Assembly: GCA_963693055.1 (NCBI GenBank)
Contig: OY843751.1
Coordinates: 2,752,001 to 2,816,000 of the forward strand
DNA length: 64,000 nt
Reading direction: 5' to 3'
From: a bacterium
GTDB taxonomy: Bacteria; Zhuqueibacterota; Zhuqueibacteria; Residuimicrobiales; Krinioviventaceae
A model generated the notes under the pieces. That model saw nothing but the letters and a program-made list of their open reading frames with translations. It did not search any database and had not been told where the DNA came from. Position 1 is the stretch's first letter; each line of letters begins with the position of its first letter. Positions 33,687-44,943 of the stretch are shown in pieces. The position numbers and the translations under genes are program-made.

Positions 33687-34755
33687 CTATCTCGCCTTAA
33701 ACTTTTTAATATTCATCGCTTTCAATTCATCATCCGTCTTTGCATAAATCATCGTAGTAGCAATATCAATGTGTCCCAGGAATTCTTTGACTGTTGAGAT
33801 TGGTACATCATCTTTTAAACAGTACGTTGCAAAGCTATGCCGAAGTGAGTGAGCATTAAAGTAATCCAGTCCTAATGCTATACGTGCTCGTCCAAACGCC
33901 TTCGTAATGCTGGTTTTATCAATGATCTCAAACTGCTTATTATCATTTTTTAAGTACGATACTCGTCTGTCTAACAGTTCAGAGGCCTCAGCGCAGAGTG
34001 GCATATTACGGGTTTTATCGCCTTTTCCTGTTAATCTGACAAAAGGCACCATTTCACTTTTGATATCATCAACATATAAATCCTGAACATCGATATTAAA
34101 TGCTTCACCTCTACGGGCTCCGGTCCATAAACATAGATTAAAGATATCAAGCTGCCAGGATGGTTTATCTGTAAGATACTCCCGGATCAACGTGATATCA
34201 TCTTCTTTCAAATACCTGAACTGTTTATGACTTGGATCTTGTAGTTTACTGATGCCTTTCCATGGGTTCTTGCGTATTATCTGTTCCTTGACTGCCCAGT
34301 TAAAAGCTGTTTTGATATTTCTGAGATATGAGTTTAGCGCACCAGCTTTAAATGGTTTCCCATTTTTAGCTTTTGAGTTTTTTAATGTGACGATAAAATT
34401 AATAGCAACTTCATTGGTAACATCAGACAGAGATATCACAGTCCAAACGCTCACATAATAAATTTAGGACCAGAATATCATGATCCAGAGTGGCCTTTTT
34501 CAAATTACCAATTTGTACCAGCTTCCTCCGATGTTCGATGAACCGCTCACGGAACTCTCCAAGAGTAACACTTGACCTCTGACGGTCCGCAAAGAAATCA
34601 TCAAGATTAAACTTGCCCAATGCAATGTCACGTTTAACCTGAAATAGGATCTCCTGGGCTGTTTTTAAATCGGCTTTGATCGTGATGGCTTTTTCTGATT
34701 TATCGTCAAATAAAAATGAGAGCTTTGGGTATTTCCTGCCTTTGTGCCGTTGTGC
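33687..34755 (-). pseudogene. Tyrosine integrase, frameshifted near 34430 and 5'-truncated
   Basis: TGARRGE, GKGDKTR, HSLRH, LGH and TMIY catalytic motifs; the N-part is in another frame; a 2-nt (CT) loss in ATCTCT[CT]GTCTGAT would explain the shift. Confidence 0.85.
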
Positions 34756-35244
34756 TCGAGTCCATGATATAGAGTTTGGAGCCCAAATCAAGCTTATATT
34801 GGGGCGCTAAATTTTGTACTTGTTTAAGAAAGATATAAAATAGTTCTTCATAAATTTCAAAAGGTCGTTTATTGTTAGCGTCTGCCAGTGTGGAACGTTT
34901 CAGAGGTTTGCTGCCGAGATGATAGAACTTGTTTATTTGAGAATTTGAACTGAAAACGATATCGCGCAGTGAATGACGGCTACCGAGCTGACCGAATAAA
35001 ATATGCACAAACTGATCCCAACATGTCAATGTACGGGATCGATAATCGCCATTGTGTTTTTTTACAACTTTTTCAAATTCAAGTCGAGAAATTATGTTTA
35101 GCATTTGTCGAAAAATTGTTTTATTATATGCCATGCCCGATAACCTTTTGTTTTGTTAGATTTTGTGTGCAAACAAATATAACAATTATTTTGGTTTTTC
35201 GGGCTATTTTTGTTTATATGTATTCTTTTAACCGGACACTAATG
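34756..35244 (-). mobile_element. Truncated IS4-family element (DUF4372 N-terminal transposase fragment with left end)
   Basis: ORF from 35134: CWDQF...SLRDI...RSTLADAN..R, broken just after the first DDE motif IMDSSTT; terminus CATTAGTGTCCGG at 35244. Confidence 0.8.
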
Positions 35245-35289
35245 ATGTTAAACAATACATTCGCCCCCAATATGAGGCAAGAGACGATT

Positions 35290-36364
35290 CCGGTGTCATT
35301 ATAGGCTTTTTGCCGTACCGTCCCATTGAAAAAGGCATAGCAGTGCCCGGTTTGTTGGCCCACATTTTAATGAGCAAGTTTGTTGACCACATTCCCTTGA
35401 ACCGTCAGATTACTCAATTCAAACGTCAGGATGTTCGGATTCCCGGCTCAACCATAAACGATTGGCTCAGTGCAAGCTGTGATGCTTTGCTGCCGCTTGG
35501 TCGGATTTTACAGGAACGGACATTGCAATGCAGCTATCTTCAGGCCGACGAAACAACGATCAGAGTGCAGGACCCGCGCAAAAACGGCAAAACGCATACC
35601 GGATATTTTTGGCTTTATCACAATCTTGAGCAGCGGCTGCTGTTTTTTGATTATCGTCCGGGACGAAATCGCGCCGGACTCTCAGAAATTTTACAAAATT
35701 TCACTGGCTGCCTGCAAACAGATGGCTATCGCAGCTATGATGAGATCGTCGCAAAATACAATATGATTCGACTCGGCTGTATGGCACATGCCCGTCGAAA
35801 ATTTTATGATGCTCGTGACGGCAGCCCTGAACCCTGCGAATGGATGCTGAAACACATCGGTGAGTTGTATGATATTGAACGTCGTGCCAGGGATAAAAAT
35901 TTAAACGTCAAAGAACGATTTGAGCTGAGGGAAAAGCATGCCCGTCCAATTCTGGAGTCTATTAAAAAATGGCTGAACGAAAAAACTTTGAGCATATCTT
36001 CCCATACTGATCTTGGTGTTGCTATTTCATACATGTTGAAGCAATGGCCGCGATTAAATAATTATCTTTTGGATGGTCGCTTTGAAATTGATAACAATCT
36101 CATCGAGAATGCCGTTCGTCCGGTAGCGATAGGGCGTAAAAACTGGCTTTTCGCAGGTTCGCATGAAAACGCCAAACGCATGGCTTTGATTTATTCATTG
36201 TTAGGAACTGCAAAATTGCACGATGTTGAACCCTATGCTTACCTAAAAGATATTCTTACGCGTATAAATGGACATTCTATGAAACACCTTGATTAACTTT
36301 TACCTCTTCTATGGTCATTGAGCAATAATTGAAAAAATCAAGGTGTTGTTCACCGAATAGATAC
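35290..36364 (+). mobile_element. IS66 remnant (partial tnpC plus right end)
   Basis: KFVDHIPLNRQ, QADET, CMAHARRKF, IDNNLIENAVR, GRKNWLF; premature TAA before LLP..W; end GTTCACCGAATAGATAC; no tnpA/tnpB. Confidence 0.85.
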
Positions 36365-36452
36365 GATTTTTCTATAAAAGGTTAAGTTAATTTCTGGAGA
36401 AAATATGGTATCAATAATTTTAGTGATAAGGTCAAAAATGTTGATTTCCCCC

Positions 36453-36485
36453 AAAAAAAAGCTCCCGGGAATAATTCCCGGGAGC
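36453..36485 (-). terminator. Intrinsic terminator
   Basis: GCTCCCGGGAA/TTCCCGGGAGC with a T8 run on the minus strand. Confidence 0.85.
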
Positions 36486-36515
36486 ACGTCCACCCTTGAG
36501 TTGTAAATTTAAATA

Positions 36516-37616
36516 TTATTTCATCAACAGCACCTTGTGCGACTGTACGCCCTGTACGGTCTTCATGACCACCTGGTACATACCGGTTGCGGATTGCTGT
36601 CCCGCGTCGTTCAGGCCGTTCCAGGATGTGTGATAGCTGCCGGCGGACTGATTGCCGTCTACCAGGGTGGCTACCTTGCCGCCCAGAATGTTGTAAACCG
36701 CAATTTCTACCGTACCGGCTTTTGCCAGGTCGTAACTGATTTTGGTGACAGGGTTAAATGGATTGGGATAGGGGGCCAGTAAAGCCGTGGTACCCGGTAC
36801 TTTGATCAGCTCTACATTCAGAGTACCCAGCTCATTGATTTCACCGTTGACGCTGACATCAGACAACCGGTAGCTGTATGATTCACCGGCTTGTAAACCA
36901 GCGTCGGTATAAGCATAATTGGACCGTTCGCTGGTGGTGCCTTTGCCCTGCAACGTAGTGTGGGTAATGTATGAAGCGATTTTGACCCAATCCGTTGTTG
37001 CGCCGCGCCGTTCCAGGATGAAACCCAGGTTGTTGCTTTCGCTCTCGGTGGCCCACAACAGGTTTACTGAATTGCCATCTTGCTTTGCTGAAAATGTGGC
37101 CAGTTCTACCGGAAGCGATACATCACTGCCTCCGTAATAGGATTCTATGGTAGACTGATCGGCGGCATCCATTATAGCCGATGCTATGGTATTCCAGCTT
37201 AGGCCCGAGTTCTGGCCTGCATCATCAATGTTCAACCGGACGGTGAACAAGTGATAATCGGTATCCTGGGCAATTGCCCAGCTTGAACCAAAACCAAAAG
37301 TAATGGTTACATAGATGTAAGGAGAATTAACACCGTTGGTAATGGAAAAACCATTTCCTGAACTCAAATTAGGATTAGTATAGGTAATGGTTGGCGAACT
37401 GAGCGCATTTTCATTATGATTGAGATAGAGGCTGCAATCGCCCAAATTATTGTAGGACCAGTCGCTAGTACGTGTCATGTGGATTTCGAAATAAAGGTAT
37501 CCGCCGCTTACGTGTTGATTGCTGATGGTCAGGTCTACGGTTTGGGAAAAAGATACTCCCAGTAATGATGTTACTAATAATAGCATTGCAAAACAAATTA
37601 TTTTAGTGAATTTCAT
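36516..37616 (-). CDS. Secreted protein: cohesin-like N-domain, LPVEL-type domain and FlgD-Ig/T9SS-like CTD
   Basis: Signal peptide; LPVELATFSA...WATESESNNLGF; PYPNPFNP. Confidence 0.75.
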   Translation of the reverse strand: MKFTKIICFAMLLLVTSLLGVSFSQTVDLTISNQHVSGGYLYFEIHMTRTSDWSYNNLGDCSLYLNHNENALSSPTITYTNPNLSSGNGFSITNGVNSPYIYVTITFGFGSSWAIAQDTDYHLFTVRLNIDDAGQNSGLSWNTIASAIMDAADQSTIESYYGGSDVSLPVELATFSAKQDGNSVNLLWATESESNNLGFILERRGATTDWVKIASYITHTTLQGKGTTSERSNYAYTDAGLQAGESYSYRLSDVSVNGEINELGTLNVELIKVPGTTALLAPYPNPFNPVTKISYDLAKAGTVEIAVYNILGGKVATLVDGNQSAGSYHTSWNGLNDAGQQSATGMYQVVMKTVQGVQSHKVLLMK

Positions 37617-37629
37617 GATATCTCCGCAT

Positions 37630-40600
37630 TTAGTTAACCGCTGATGATGTTTTGTCCATATTGGTATTGATCAGATCTTTATCGGCATTGGTTACAATAC
37701 TGTCCATGTTAATATCGCCGTCCTGGTAGCCGTTGGCATCCATATTACTGTTGACCGGGTCCTTGTCTGCATTGGTGATCAAGGCATCGCCATTGGGATT
37801 ACCTGAATACATACCAAACACGCCTTCTTTGAGCGTGGCTGCGTTTGATTCAAGTGTGTTACCAATGTTTGATGTGAAATCATACACCCCCATAGAACTG
37901 CTGAAGGTTTGTGCACTTGCGCTTTCAATGCTCAGATGATTGCGATGTTTGACCACAATGTAATAATTGCCTTCCGCTACTTGTGATGACAAGTCAAGAA
38001 TGGTCTTGTTTGTATCATCGTCCACCAGGCAGCCGTCTTTACGTAAAAAATAAGAACGGCCGTAATCGGCAACGCCGGTTATTGTTGAGCGTAGTTCCAT
38101 CCATACCCAATCAACCACGCTGTCCGGTACACTGGTTACTGTACGGCTATCGGAATAAGGTGAAGTCGTGGGAATACTGCTTGCCAGGTTGGTGGTCATG
38201 ATCGGATCAGTAGCGTCTGCATCGTATGCGCCTTGTAATAATACTTTGACGCCGGTTACGACCATGTTATTACTGAGGTAATATTGTTTAGCCGTACCGT
38301 TATTGCCTTCTCCATAAGCGCCTGCAATAAAATCCATATGGCTGTCATTGTCAATATCGCCCAAACCGGCAGCGCTGCAACCAAAATTGTCATCCACATT
38401 GCCGGTTATGATTGCGTCGGCAACATTGTCCATACTTGCGCCGCCCAGATAAATGTACAAACGCCCTTGGTCATTCCCATATCTTGCATTGGTCGCAATC
38501 AGGTCGGCATAACCGTCACCATTCAAGTCATTTGCCCTGGAAAATACAAGTGGATTTGCATCAATCATTTCAGATTTAAAGACCAGGTCTGGGGTGTTTT
38601 CCGCGCTGTTATTGCCATAATAAAGATATGCATATGAAGTATCGCCAACGGAAACACTTAACGGGTCTCTGCTGACCATCACATCATCAAAACCATCATT
38701 ATTTACATCACCAACCATTTCAGCGTATGAACCAAAATAACATGCGTATTCTTGTCCTAGAAAGGTAACGTCTGCGGTGGTGTCAGCGGATGGTCCACCA
38801 TAGTAAATGTATACCTCCCCGGAGCTGTTATAGCCGGCCCGTTCACCGCCAATCAACAAGTCGGGATATCCGTCGTTGTTAAAATCATCACCCCCGGACA
38901 GAGAACTACCCATGCTGTCGTATGAATCTCCTATAATGGTCATATCTGCTGTATTATCAGGTACGTCTGAGCCCAAATATATGTTTACACTTCCTGTTCT
39001 GTTATCAAATTCTGGGGTCCCAATTGCATAGTCATCATAGCCGTCGTTATTAAAATCACCAAGGCCGGTTATGGTTTCGCCAAAATATTCTCCGGATGAA
39101 GGGGGTGTAAATACCTGGTCAGCTATGTTGTCCATATTGGCGCCGCCCAGGTAAAGAAAAACTTTGCCATCATAGTTTTCCGCACGATATGCTGCAACCA
39201 GAACATCATCATAGCCATCATTGTTTACATCGCCAACGCCGGCTACCGCGTAACCATAATATCCCTCTTCAGTATTTTCTGTTAATTGAACATCGGCTGT
39301 ATTGTCCATTCCCGGACCGCCGTAATAGATATAAGCAGCCCCGGCAGAGTTATAGCCGGTTGCCCCGGCAATTATATCATCATAGCCGTCACCATTCACA
39401 TCTCCTGCGTTGGCAACCGAACGGCCAAAGTTGTTTTCTGTACCTGGAATGTAACCTATTGCTCCCACTATGGTCAGGTCAATGGTTTCATTAGGCTCGC
39501 TATTGCCCAGGTAAATGTAAAATGTATTGGTATCATCTACGTTGGTAAAAACGGCAAAATCAGCACAATTATCATTGTTCATATCACCACCCGCAATTAC
39601 CCCCCCCAACCGTTCTCCAGAATTACCTTCCATGAGTAGATCATAATGGATATTCATTGTACTACCGCCTAAATAAACATAGACAATACCCTGGGTGTTG
39701 CTACCTTCTGCAGTTACTGCAATGTCATCATAGCCGTCATTGTCTATATCTCCAACGCTGCAAAGCGTTTGACTAAAATTGTCGTCTGTATTATAACCAT
39801 CTATAATAAGTGCAGGGATTGTACTAAAGGTTGAATTGCCATAATAAATATATACCCGACCGGTTGATTCATTATAACCTGTAGAACCAACAACAAAGTC
39901 ATCATAGCCGTCGTTATTTATATCTATATTACCGGCCATGGTACAACCAAATTGGTCGCCTTCATTTTCACCGACCAGGGTTTGCGCAGGCGTGCTGCTC
40001 ATGCTGGCGCCGCCCCAAAAGAGCAAAGCTTCACCTGTTTCATTGTTTGCTCTATCAGTGCCAATAAGCACATCATCATAATTATCTTTATTGACATCTC
40101 CTACACCGGCTAAACTGATGCCAAAATTATCTGACTCGTTCGCACCATCCCAGGTTTGAATTGGGGTGCTGCTCAATAAAGCACCACCGGGATAAACGCT
40201 AACCCTGCCGGTAAGGCTATTATAGGTAATTGAACCAATTAAAAAATCATCATAACCGTCATAGTTTACATCACCCGCGCTTGCAAGAGAAAGCGGGTAC
40301 CTAAAAGTTTCCATTTCTGTATCCGGATTTATTATCAGGTCCGGAGTAGAATCCATGGTGGGCCCACCAAAATAGACATGAATACGACCACTACCCTGTT
40401 CCATAGCAGCATGGACCAGCAGATCGTCATAACCATCGTTATTTAAATCTCCGGCCCTGGCTATAGTGAAACCGAAATAATCATTACTGTTTTCACCGTT
40501 CAGGGTTATATCTACGGTGGCGTTGGGCGTTGCACCACCATAAAAGATGAAAACACTACCGGTCTCATTTGCGGTGGGCGCTCCTATGACCAGGTCATCG

Positions 40601-40758
40601 TAAGCGTCGCCATTAACATCTGCGTATGTCATGGATTGGCTATTCCAGTTTACCGGTTGTTGCGCATTTTCTTCCGAAAAGGTTTGTACCAGGTTGGTTT
40701 GTGCATAGAGCGCTTGTAAAAAAATTAGTAAAAAAAGTGTGATTTGTTTGATCTGCAT
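37630..40758 (-). CDS. FG-GAP/integrin-alpha-like beta-propeller protein with C-terminal dockerin-like repeat
   Basis: More than a dozen GD(V/F)NxDGYDD repeats with G.V.(I/V)Y.G; C-terminal GNPNGDALITNAD / GDINMDSIVTNAD. Confidence 0.88.
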   Translation of the reverse strand: MQIKQITLFLLIFLQALYAQTNLVQTFSEENAQQPVNWNSQSMTYADVNGDAYDDLVIGAPTANETGSVFIFYGGATPNATVDITLNGENSNDYFGFTIARAGDLNNDGYDDLLVHAAMEQGSGRIHVYFGGPTMDSTPDLIINPDTEMETFRYPLSLASAGDVNYDGYDDFLIGSITYNSLTGRVSVYPGGALLSSTPIQTWDGANESDNFGISLAGVGDVNKDNYDDVLIGTDRANNETGEALLFWGGASMSSTPAQTLVGENEGDQFGCTMAGNIDINNDGYDDFVVGSTGYNESTGRVYIYYGNSTFSTIPALIIDGYNTDDNFSQTLCSVGDIDNDGYDDIAVTAEGSNTQGIVYVYLGGSTMNIHYDLLMEGNSGERLGGVIAGGDMNNDNCADFAVFTNVDDTNTFYIYLGNSEPNETIDLTIVGAIGYIPGTENNFGRSVANAGDVNGDGYDDIIAGATGYNSAGAAYIYYGGPGMDNTADVQLTENTEEGYYGYAVAGVGDVNNDGYDDVLVAAYRAENYDGKVFLYLGGANMDNIADQVFTPPSSGEYFGETITGLGDFNNDGYDDYAIGTPEFDNRTGSVNIYLGSDVPDNTADMTIIGDSYDSMGSSLSGGDDFNNDGYPDLLIGGERAGYNSSGEVYIYYGGPSADTTADVTFLGQEYACYFGSYAEMVGDVNNDGFDDVMVSRDPLSVSVGDTSYAYLYYGNNSAENTPDLVFKSEMIDANPLVFSRANDLNGDGYADLIATNARYGNDQGRLYIYLGGASMDNVADAIITGNVDDNFGCSAAGLGDIDNDSHMDFIAGAYGEGNNGTAKQYYLSNNMVVTGVKVLLQGAYDADATDPIMTTNLASSIPTTSPYSDSRTVTSVPDSVVDWVWMELRSTITGVADYGRSYFLRKDGCLVDDDTNKTILDLSSQVAEGNYYIVVKHRNHLSIESASAQTFSSSMGVYDFTSNIGNTLESNAATLKEGVFGMYSGNPNGDALITNADKDPVNSNMDANGYQDGDINMDSIVTNADKDLINTNMDKTSSAVN

Positions 40759-40772
40759 GCATTGCTCCTTGT

Positions 40773-41624
40773 CTAAATTGTACGATGTTCGTGTAAAATG
40801 ATTTCCAGTTTGCTTTCAGGCTGTATTGCTGAATTTATATTGTTTTTGTTTTTATCATATTGGGCTGCTTTTTTCCTTACACCCCATTCCAGCAAAACGC
40901 CCAAATCCCGGGCAACCAGTAAATGATTTGAGATGCTATGTAATTTGGGTAATGTTATGGTAGAACCTTGAATATTCATTTCCTGGTCTTGAGATATGGA
41001 TATTTTACATTCCACGGCATCAATAATTTCCCCCTTGTACATGACGCGACCGGTTTCAAGACGCTCAATTTCAACATACATTTGTGGTCCCTGACTTTGC
41101 ATGCCTGTTATTTCATTATAATAAAGGGGGCGGGTGGTGCTGGTGAGAACGGTATCCAGTTCGGATAGTTGCGCAGGCATCAGTATTATTGGTGGATCGT
41201 AAATAGTATACAACCGGGACGAGTCAGCGGATTTGATACCGGCCAGCAGCACGTTACCGTTGTCGAAACGAAAGTATTCCTGCACGACTTGGCCACTGTG
41301 ATGACCGGCTACCTGGTCAACGCTACCCATTATAGATGATTTACCGATTGAAGCAATATAGGATGTTTGGGAAATGGTGGAATTGTTTGTTCCATTATTT
41401 AACGGTGGTTCCGGCAGCGTCCACACACCGTTAATGGTATGCAATATATCACGGGTATTGGCAGTATCGGTTTGCCATTGTATGTGTTTAACCTGGTTGC
41501 CTGATTCCGGCCACCACCTTGAAGTTTTGGATTTACTGCATCCGCAAATTATGAGGGCCACCGGAATGATATAAAAGAATAACAAAACACAACTACGCGT
41601 ATTGACCATTTTGAATTGTAACAT
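40773..41624 (-). CDS. Hypothetical lipoprotein
   Basis: 283-aa ORF with lipobox-like ICGC; co-oriented with the FG-GAP gene. Confidence 0.6.
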   Translation of the reverse strand: MLQFKMVNTRSCVLLFFYIIPVALIICGCSKSKTSRWWPESGNQVKHIQWQTDTANTRDILHTINGVWTLPEPPLNNGTNNSTISQTSYIASIGKSSIMGSVDQVAGHHSGQVVQEYFRFDNGNVLLAGIKSADSSRLYTIYDPPIILMPAQLSELDTVLTSTTRPLYYNEITGMQSQGPQMYVEIERLETGRVMYKGEIIDAVECKISISQDQEMNIQGSTITLPKLHSISNHLLVARDLGVLLEWGVRKKAAQYDKNKNNINSAIQPESKLEIILHEHRTI

Positions 41625-41884
41625 GGTACCTGTACCTGTTCAGGAATGAATAGATTTATCTATTTTTCGGTGGGTTTAAATTATGAGATGTGTTAAAAAA
41701 TTGACGTTTGGGTTATATCATGGTTTTTTTTTAGGATATAACTATTCGGCATTCTTGATGAACATAATCCGGATATTGTCACGTTGTACTCTTCATCTTT
41801 TACAGCCGGTTTGTATTTGGACCGGCAATAAACCCATCACGTTGCGGATTAAATTACATAAAACAGGGATGTGAAAACAAGTCG

Positions 41885-41915
41885 ATATATTGCAAAATGC
41901 AGGACATATATTGCA
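41885..41915. promoter_or_regulatory. Direct repeat ATATATTGCA x2 with 21-bp period, candidate AraC/HTCS operator
   Basis: Exact 10-mers at 41885 and 41906, upstream (minus strand) of the lipoprotein/FG-GAP operon. Confidence 0.5.
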
Positions 41916-41948
41916 TGCAAGATGAGGACTATTGAATTTTATGGTGTA

Positions 41949-44804
41949 TTATAATTGCGATGTAAAATTAGAGGGGGCCACGCCAAACTGTTTTTTAAAG
42001 CATTTGCGGAAATAATCAACGGTGCCAAAACCCGTGGCAAAGGCTATTTCTGCAATGGTACCGGATTTTGCTTCTAATAATTGTACGGCCCGTTTTAACC
42101 GGACTGATCGAATAAAGGCGCTTGTAGACATGCCGGTAAGGGCGTGCAGTTTGCGGTGCAATTGGGAATGCGACAAGCCAACCTGGCGGCTGTACCATTC
42201 TATATTTATGTTTTCATTCTCTATATTATTTTGAATGATGTTAATGGCGCGTTGTAGAAATTGCTCATCAGCGGATGTGACGGCTATTTCTGTAATGGAT
42301 GTATTAATATTGTTTGAGAACCGCTGGCGTAGCAAGCGTCGTTGCTCAATCAGGTTATGGCTGCGGGTCATTAATTCAGCCGCGTTGAATGGTTTGACCA
42401 GGTAATCGTCCGCGCCCAGTTCCAGCCCCTCCAGTTTACTTTCACTGGTTGAGCGCGCTGTCAGTAAAATGACGGGTATGTGGCTGGTCCGCTCGTCTGA
42501 TTTCAACTGTTTACACAGATCAAATCCGTCCATAACCGGCATCATCACGTCGCTAATGACCAGGTCTGGCACATGTTCGGCCGCTTTGGCAAAACCGGAT
42601 TGTCCCTCTGCTGCGGTTATTATTTCAAAATCGTTTTGCAAAATACCGCTAATATATTGACACATGTCATCATTATCTTCCACAATCAGCAGCAGCGGGG
42701 CATTGGCATTCTCCGCTTGCTGTGCTGCCACCTGCAGGGTATGGGACAGTTTAATCAATGGGGTCGGCAATGTTGTTTTGGTCCATATGTTCTTTGTTAT
42801 GTTTGTAGTACCGGCGTCCAGTTCCGAATCCGATAAATGCGCCCGGCCCTTGAACAGTTTTACGGTAAAAACGGACCCCTGGCCCGGGGTGCTTTTTACG
42901 GTCAGGTCGCCGTGGTGCAGCTTTACCAGTTCACGGGTAAGGGCCAGACCGATACCGCTGCCGTACTGGATGCCAGGGGTTTGTTTGGACTGGTAGAACC
43001 GGTCAAATATATGTGGTAAATCTTGCGGTAATATACCGGTCCCCGTGTCTGCAACGGTGATTTCTACCTGATCATTTTCTGTTATGGTAACATCTACATG
43101 TCCACCTGACGGGGTGAATTTGATGGCGTTTGACAGCAGGTTGCTGATGATCTTTTCCATTTTGTCTTTATCAAAATACAAGTGGATACGGCTCGGGGTA
43201 GTATGTAGCGCCAGGTACTGTTGTTTTTCTTTCGCCAGGGCATAAAAAGACTGGCAAATATTATTAACAAACGGGACCAGATCGGCGGGCTGCGCCTGTA
43301 ACGGCATTTTACCTGACTCTAGCCGTGAAATATCCAGCAACTGGTTTACCAGGTGCAGCAACCTGTCGCTGTTGCGCAGCAGCATTTGTAATTTTTGGGG
43401 GTTTTCGCGGTCTTGCGGATGATCAAAGATTTGGCGTGCGGCCCCCATGATCAGGGTAAGGGGGGTGCGAAATTCATGGGATATATTGGCAAAGAACTGC
43501 GATTTCATCCGGTCCAGTTCCTGCCATTTTTCCGTTTCCAATTGATTCAGGGACATGGCATTTTGTAAGCGCTCACTTTGAATGGTAGCTTGCATGGCGT
43601 CTTGCCGGGCCAGTTCTTTTTGCTTGTGGGCATCTATATATTGTTCGGCAATGATCCAGAACAAACTGGCAACAAACAACAAGAAGCCAATATGAATCCA
43701 ACTGATGTTATAATTGTGTATACCGGAATTTTTGTGAATATAATAGGCCAATATTTCAATACTGATGGCGCTAATAGCTGTTATTAATCCGTAAAACAGG
43801 ATTTTGACCTGTTTGCCGCCCTTTTTCAGACTTTTAATGATCAGGTACATAGTGATCATTAATATACTAGCGGTTAGTATGAGAAACGTGTTGTAAATTA
43901 ATTCCAGATTCAATTTAACGGGAAGCAATACAAAAATAAAAATAATAATGCCGTAGAATAATTCTATCTGCCAGAATTTTCTGGAAATAGGTTTATAACG
44001 TGGAATGATGATCTGTTCCGTTAACATGAATGCGCCAACAGGGCCAAGCAAAAGAGAGAACAAGTCCAGTATGAAAAAGGTAAAAGGCGCATTAAACATG
44101 TATTGTAAATACAAGGCATTACTGCCTGTGAATACACCCATACTTAATAGAAATAATGACATGCCCAGTAGCAATTGCCTGCCGTGTAAAAACAGGTTCA
44201 GACCCAATATGGACAATCCCAGGATTAAAAATAAAGCGGACAGTAACAATTCATCCAGGTTGTGTACAAACAGTCTTTTCATAATATTCATGGTTGAGGC
44301 CAACAGAATAGGGGGCGAAATACCAATACGGTCGCCATTGGACCAGAGCCGTATGTACAGGGTACGTCCGGAAATTTCATCGGGCAGTTGAATGGGGTGC
44401 TGCCGCCAGCCGTGAAAGTGGTCGTCGTTGAGGGATATGAAATTACCAAACTGGTAGACCAGGTCCTGGTCCAGGTAAATCTGGCACTCAGGTCCCATCC
44501 CGACAAAATAGATACCGGGATTTTTGTCCTTCCATTCCGGGATCTGCACTCGCAGCCACATGGCCTTGATGCCGGGCTGGGAAAGCTCGTGCGGTCCGGA
44601 TACTGGCTGCCAATCCTCCGCGTTCAGGCTGTCATGCAGCCAAACCAGGTTGCCGGTACTATCTACCGGCGAGTCGCCAATACGATATTGCCATCCGGTA
44701 TTCAGGTTAAGGTATTGATGGTCGGAGTAGGTGTTGTCTTGGTAACTACAAGAGGTTAGCAACAACAAAGTCAGAATTAGGGATATTTTGAATAGCGTGT
44801 TCAG
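41949..44804 (-). CDS. Hybrid two-component sensor: sugar-binding-like domain, multi-TM region, His kinase, receiver and AraC HTH
   Basis: FANISHEFRTPLT, NLLSNAIKFT, GSGIGLAL, SDVMMPVMDG, IAEIAFATGF; start uncertain (CTG 44804 or TTG 44768). Confidence 0.9.
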   Translation of the reverse strand: MNTLFKISLILTLLLLTSCSYQDNTYSDHQYLNLNTGWQYRIGDSPVDSTGNLVWLHDSLNAEDWQPVSGPHELSQPGIKAMWLRVQIPEWKDKNPGIYFVGMGPECQIYLDQDLVYQFGNFISLNDDHFHGWRQHPIQLPDEISGRTLYIRLWSNGDRIGISPPILLASTMNIMKRLFVHNLDELLLSALFLILGLSILGLNLFLHGRQLLLGMSLFLLSMGVFTGSNALYLQYMFNAPFTFFILDLFSLLLGPVGAFMLTEQIIIPRYKPISRKFWQIELFYGIIIFIFVLLPVKLNLELIYNTFLILTASILMITMYLIIKSLKKGGKQVKILFYGLITAISAISIEILAYYIHKNSGIHNYNISWIHIGFLLFVASLFWIIAEQYIDAHKQKELARQDAMQATIQSERLQNAMSLNQLETEKWQELDRMKSQFFANISHEFRTPLTLIMGAARQIFDHPQDRENPQKLQMLLRNSDRLLHLVNQLLDISRLESGKMPLQAQPADLVPFVNNICQSFYALAKEKQQYLALHTTPSRIHLYFDKDKMEKIISNLLSNAIKFTPSGGHVDVTITENDQVEITVADTGTGILPQDLPHIFDRFYQSKQTPGIQYGSGIGLALTRELVKLHHGDLTVKSTPGQGSVFTVKLFKGRAHLSDSELDAGTTNITKNIWTKTTLPTPLIKLSHTLQVAAQQAENANAPLLLIVEDNDDMCQYISGILQNDFEIITAAEGQSGFAKAAEHVPDLVISDVMMPVMDGFDLCKQLKSDERTSHIPVILLTARSTSESKLEGLELGADDYLVKPFNAAELMTRSHNLIEQRRLLRQRFSNNINTSITEIAVTSADEQFLQRAINIIQNNIENENINIEWYSRQVGLSHSQLHRKLHALTGMSTSAFIRSVRLKRAVQLLEAKSGTIAEIAFATGFGTVDYFRKCFKKQFGVAPSNFTSQL

Positions 44805-44943
44805 TATTGCTCCGGAATGGTGGGATTGTCTAATTTGCTTTGTAAATTAACAATAAATGTTCAATTTTACAATAACATTTAACGGGTGGTATTTGTACGG
44901 ATAACGACATTTGATTTTTCATGCTTTTTCGCTGTTTTAATAA

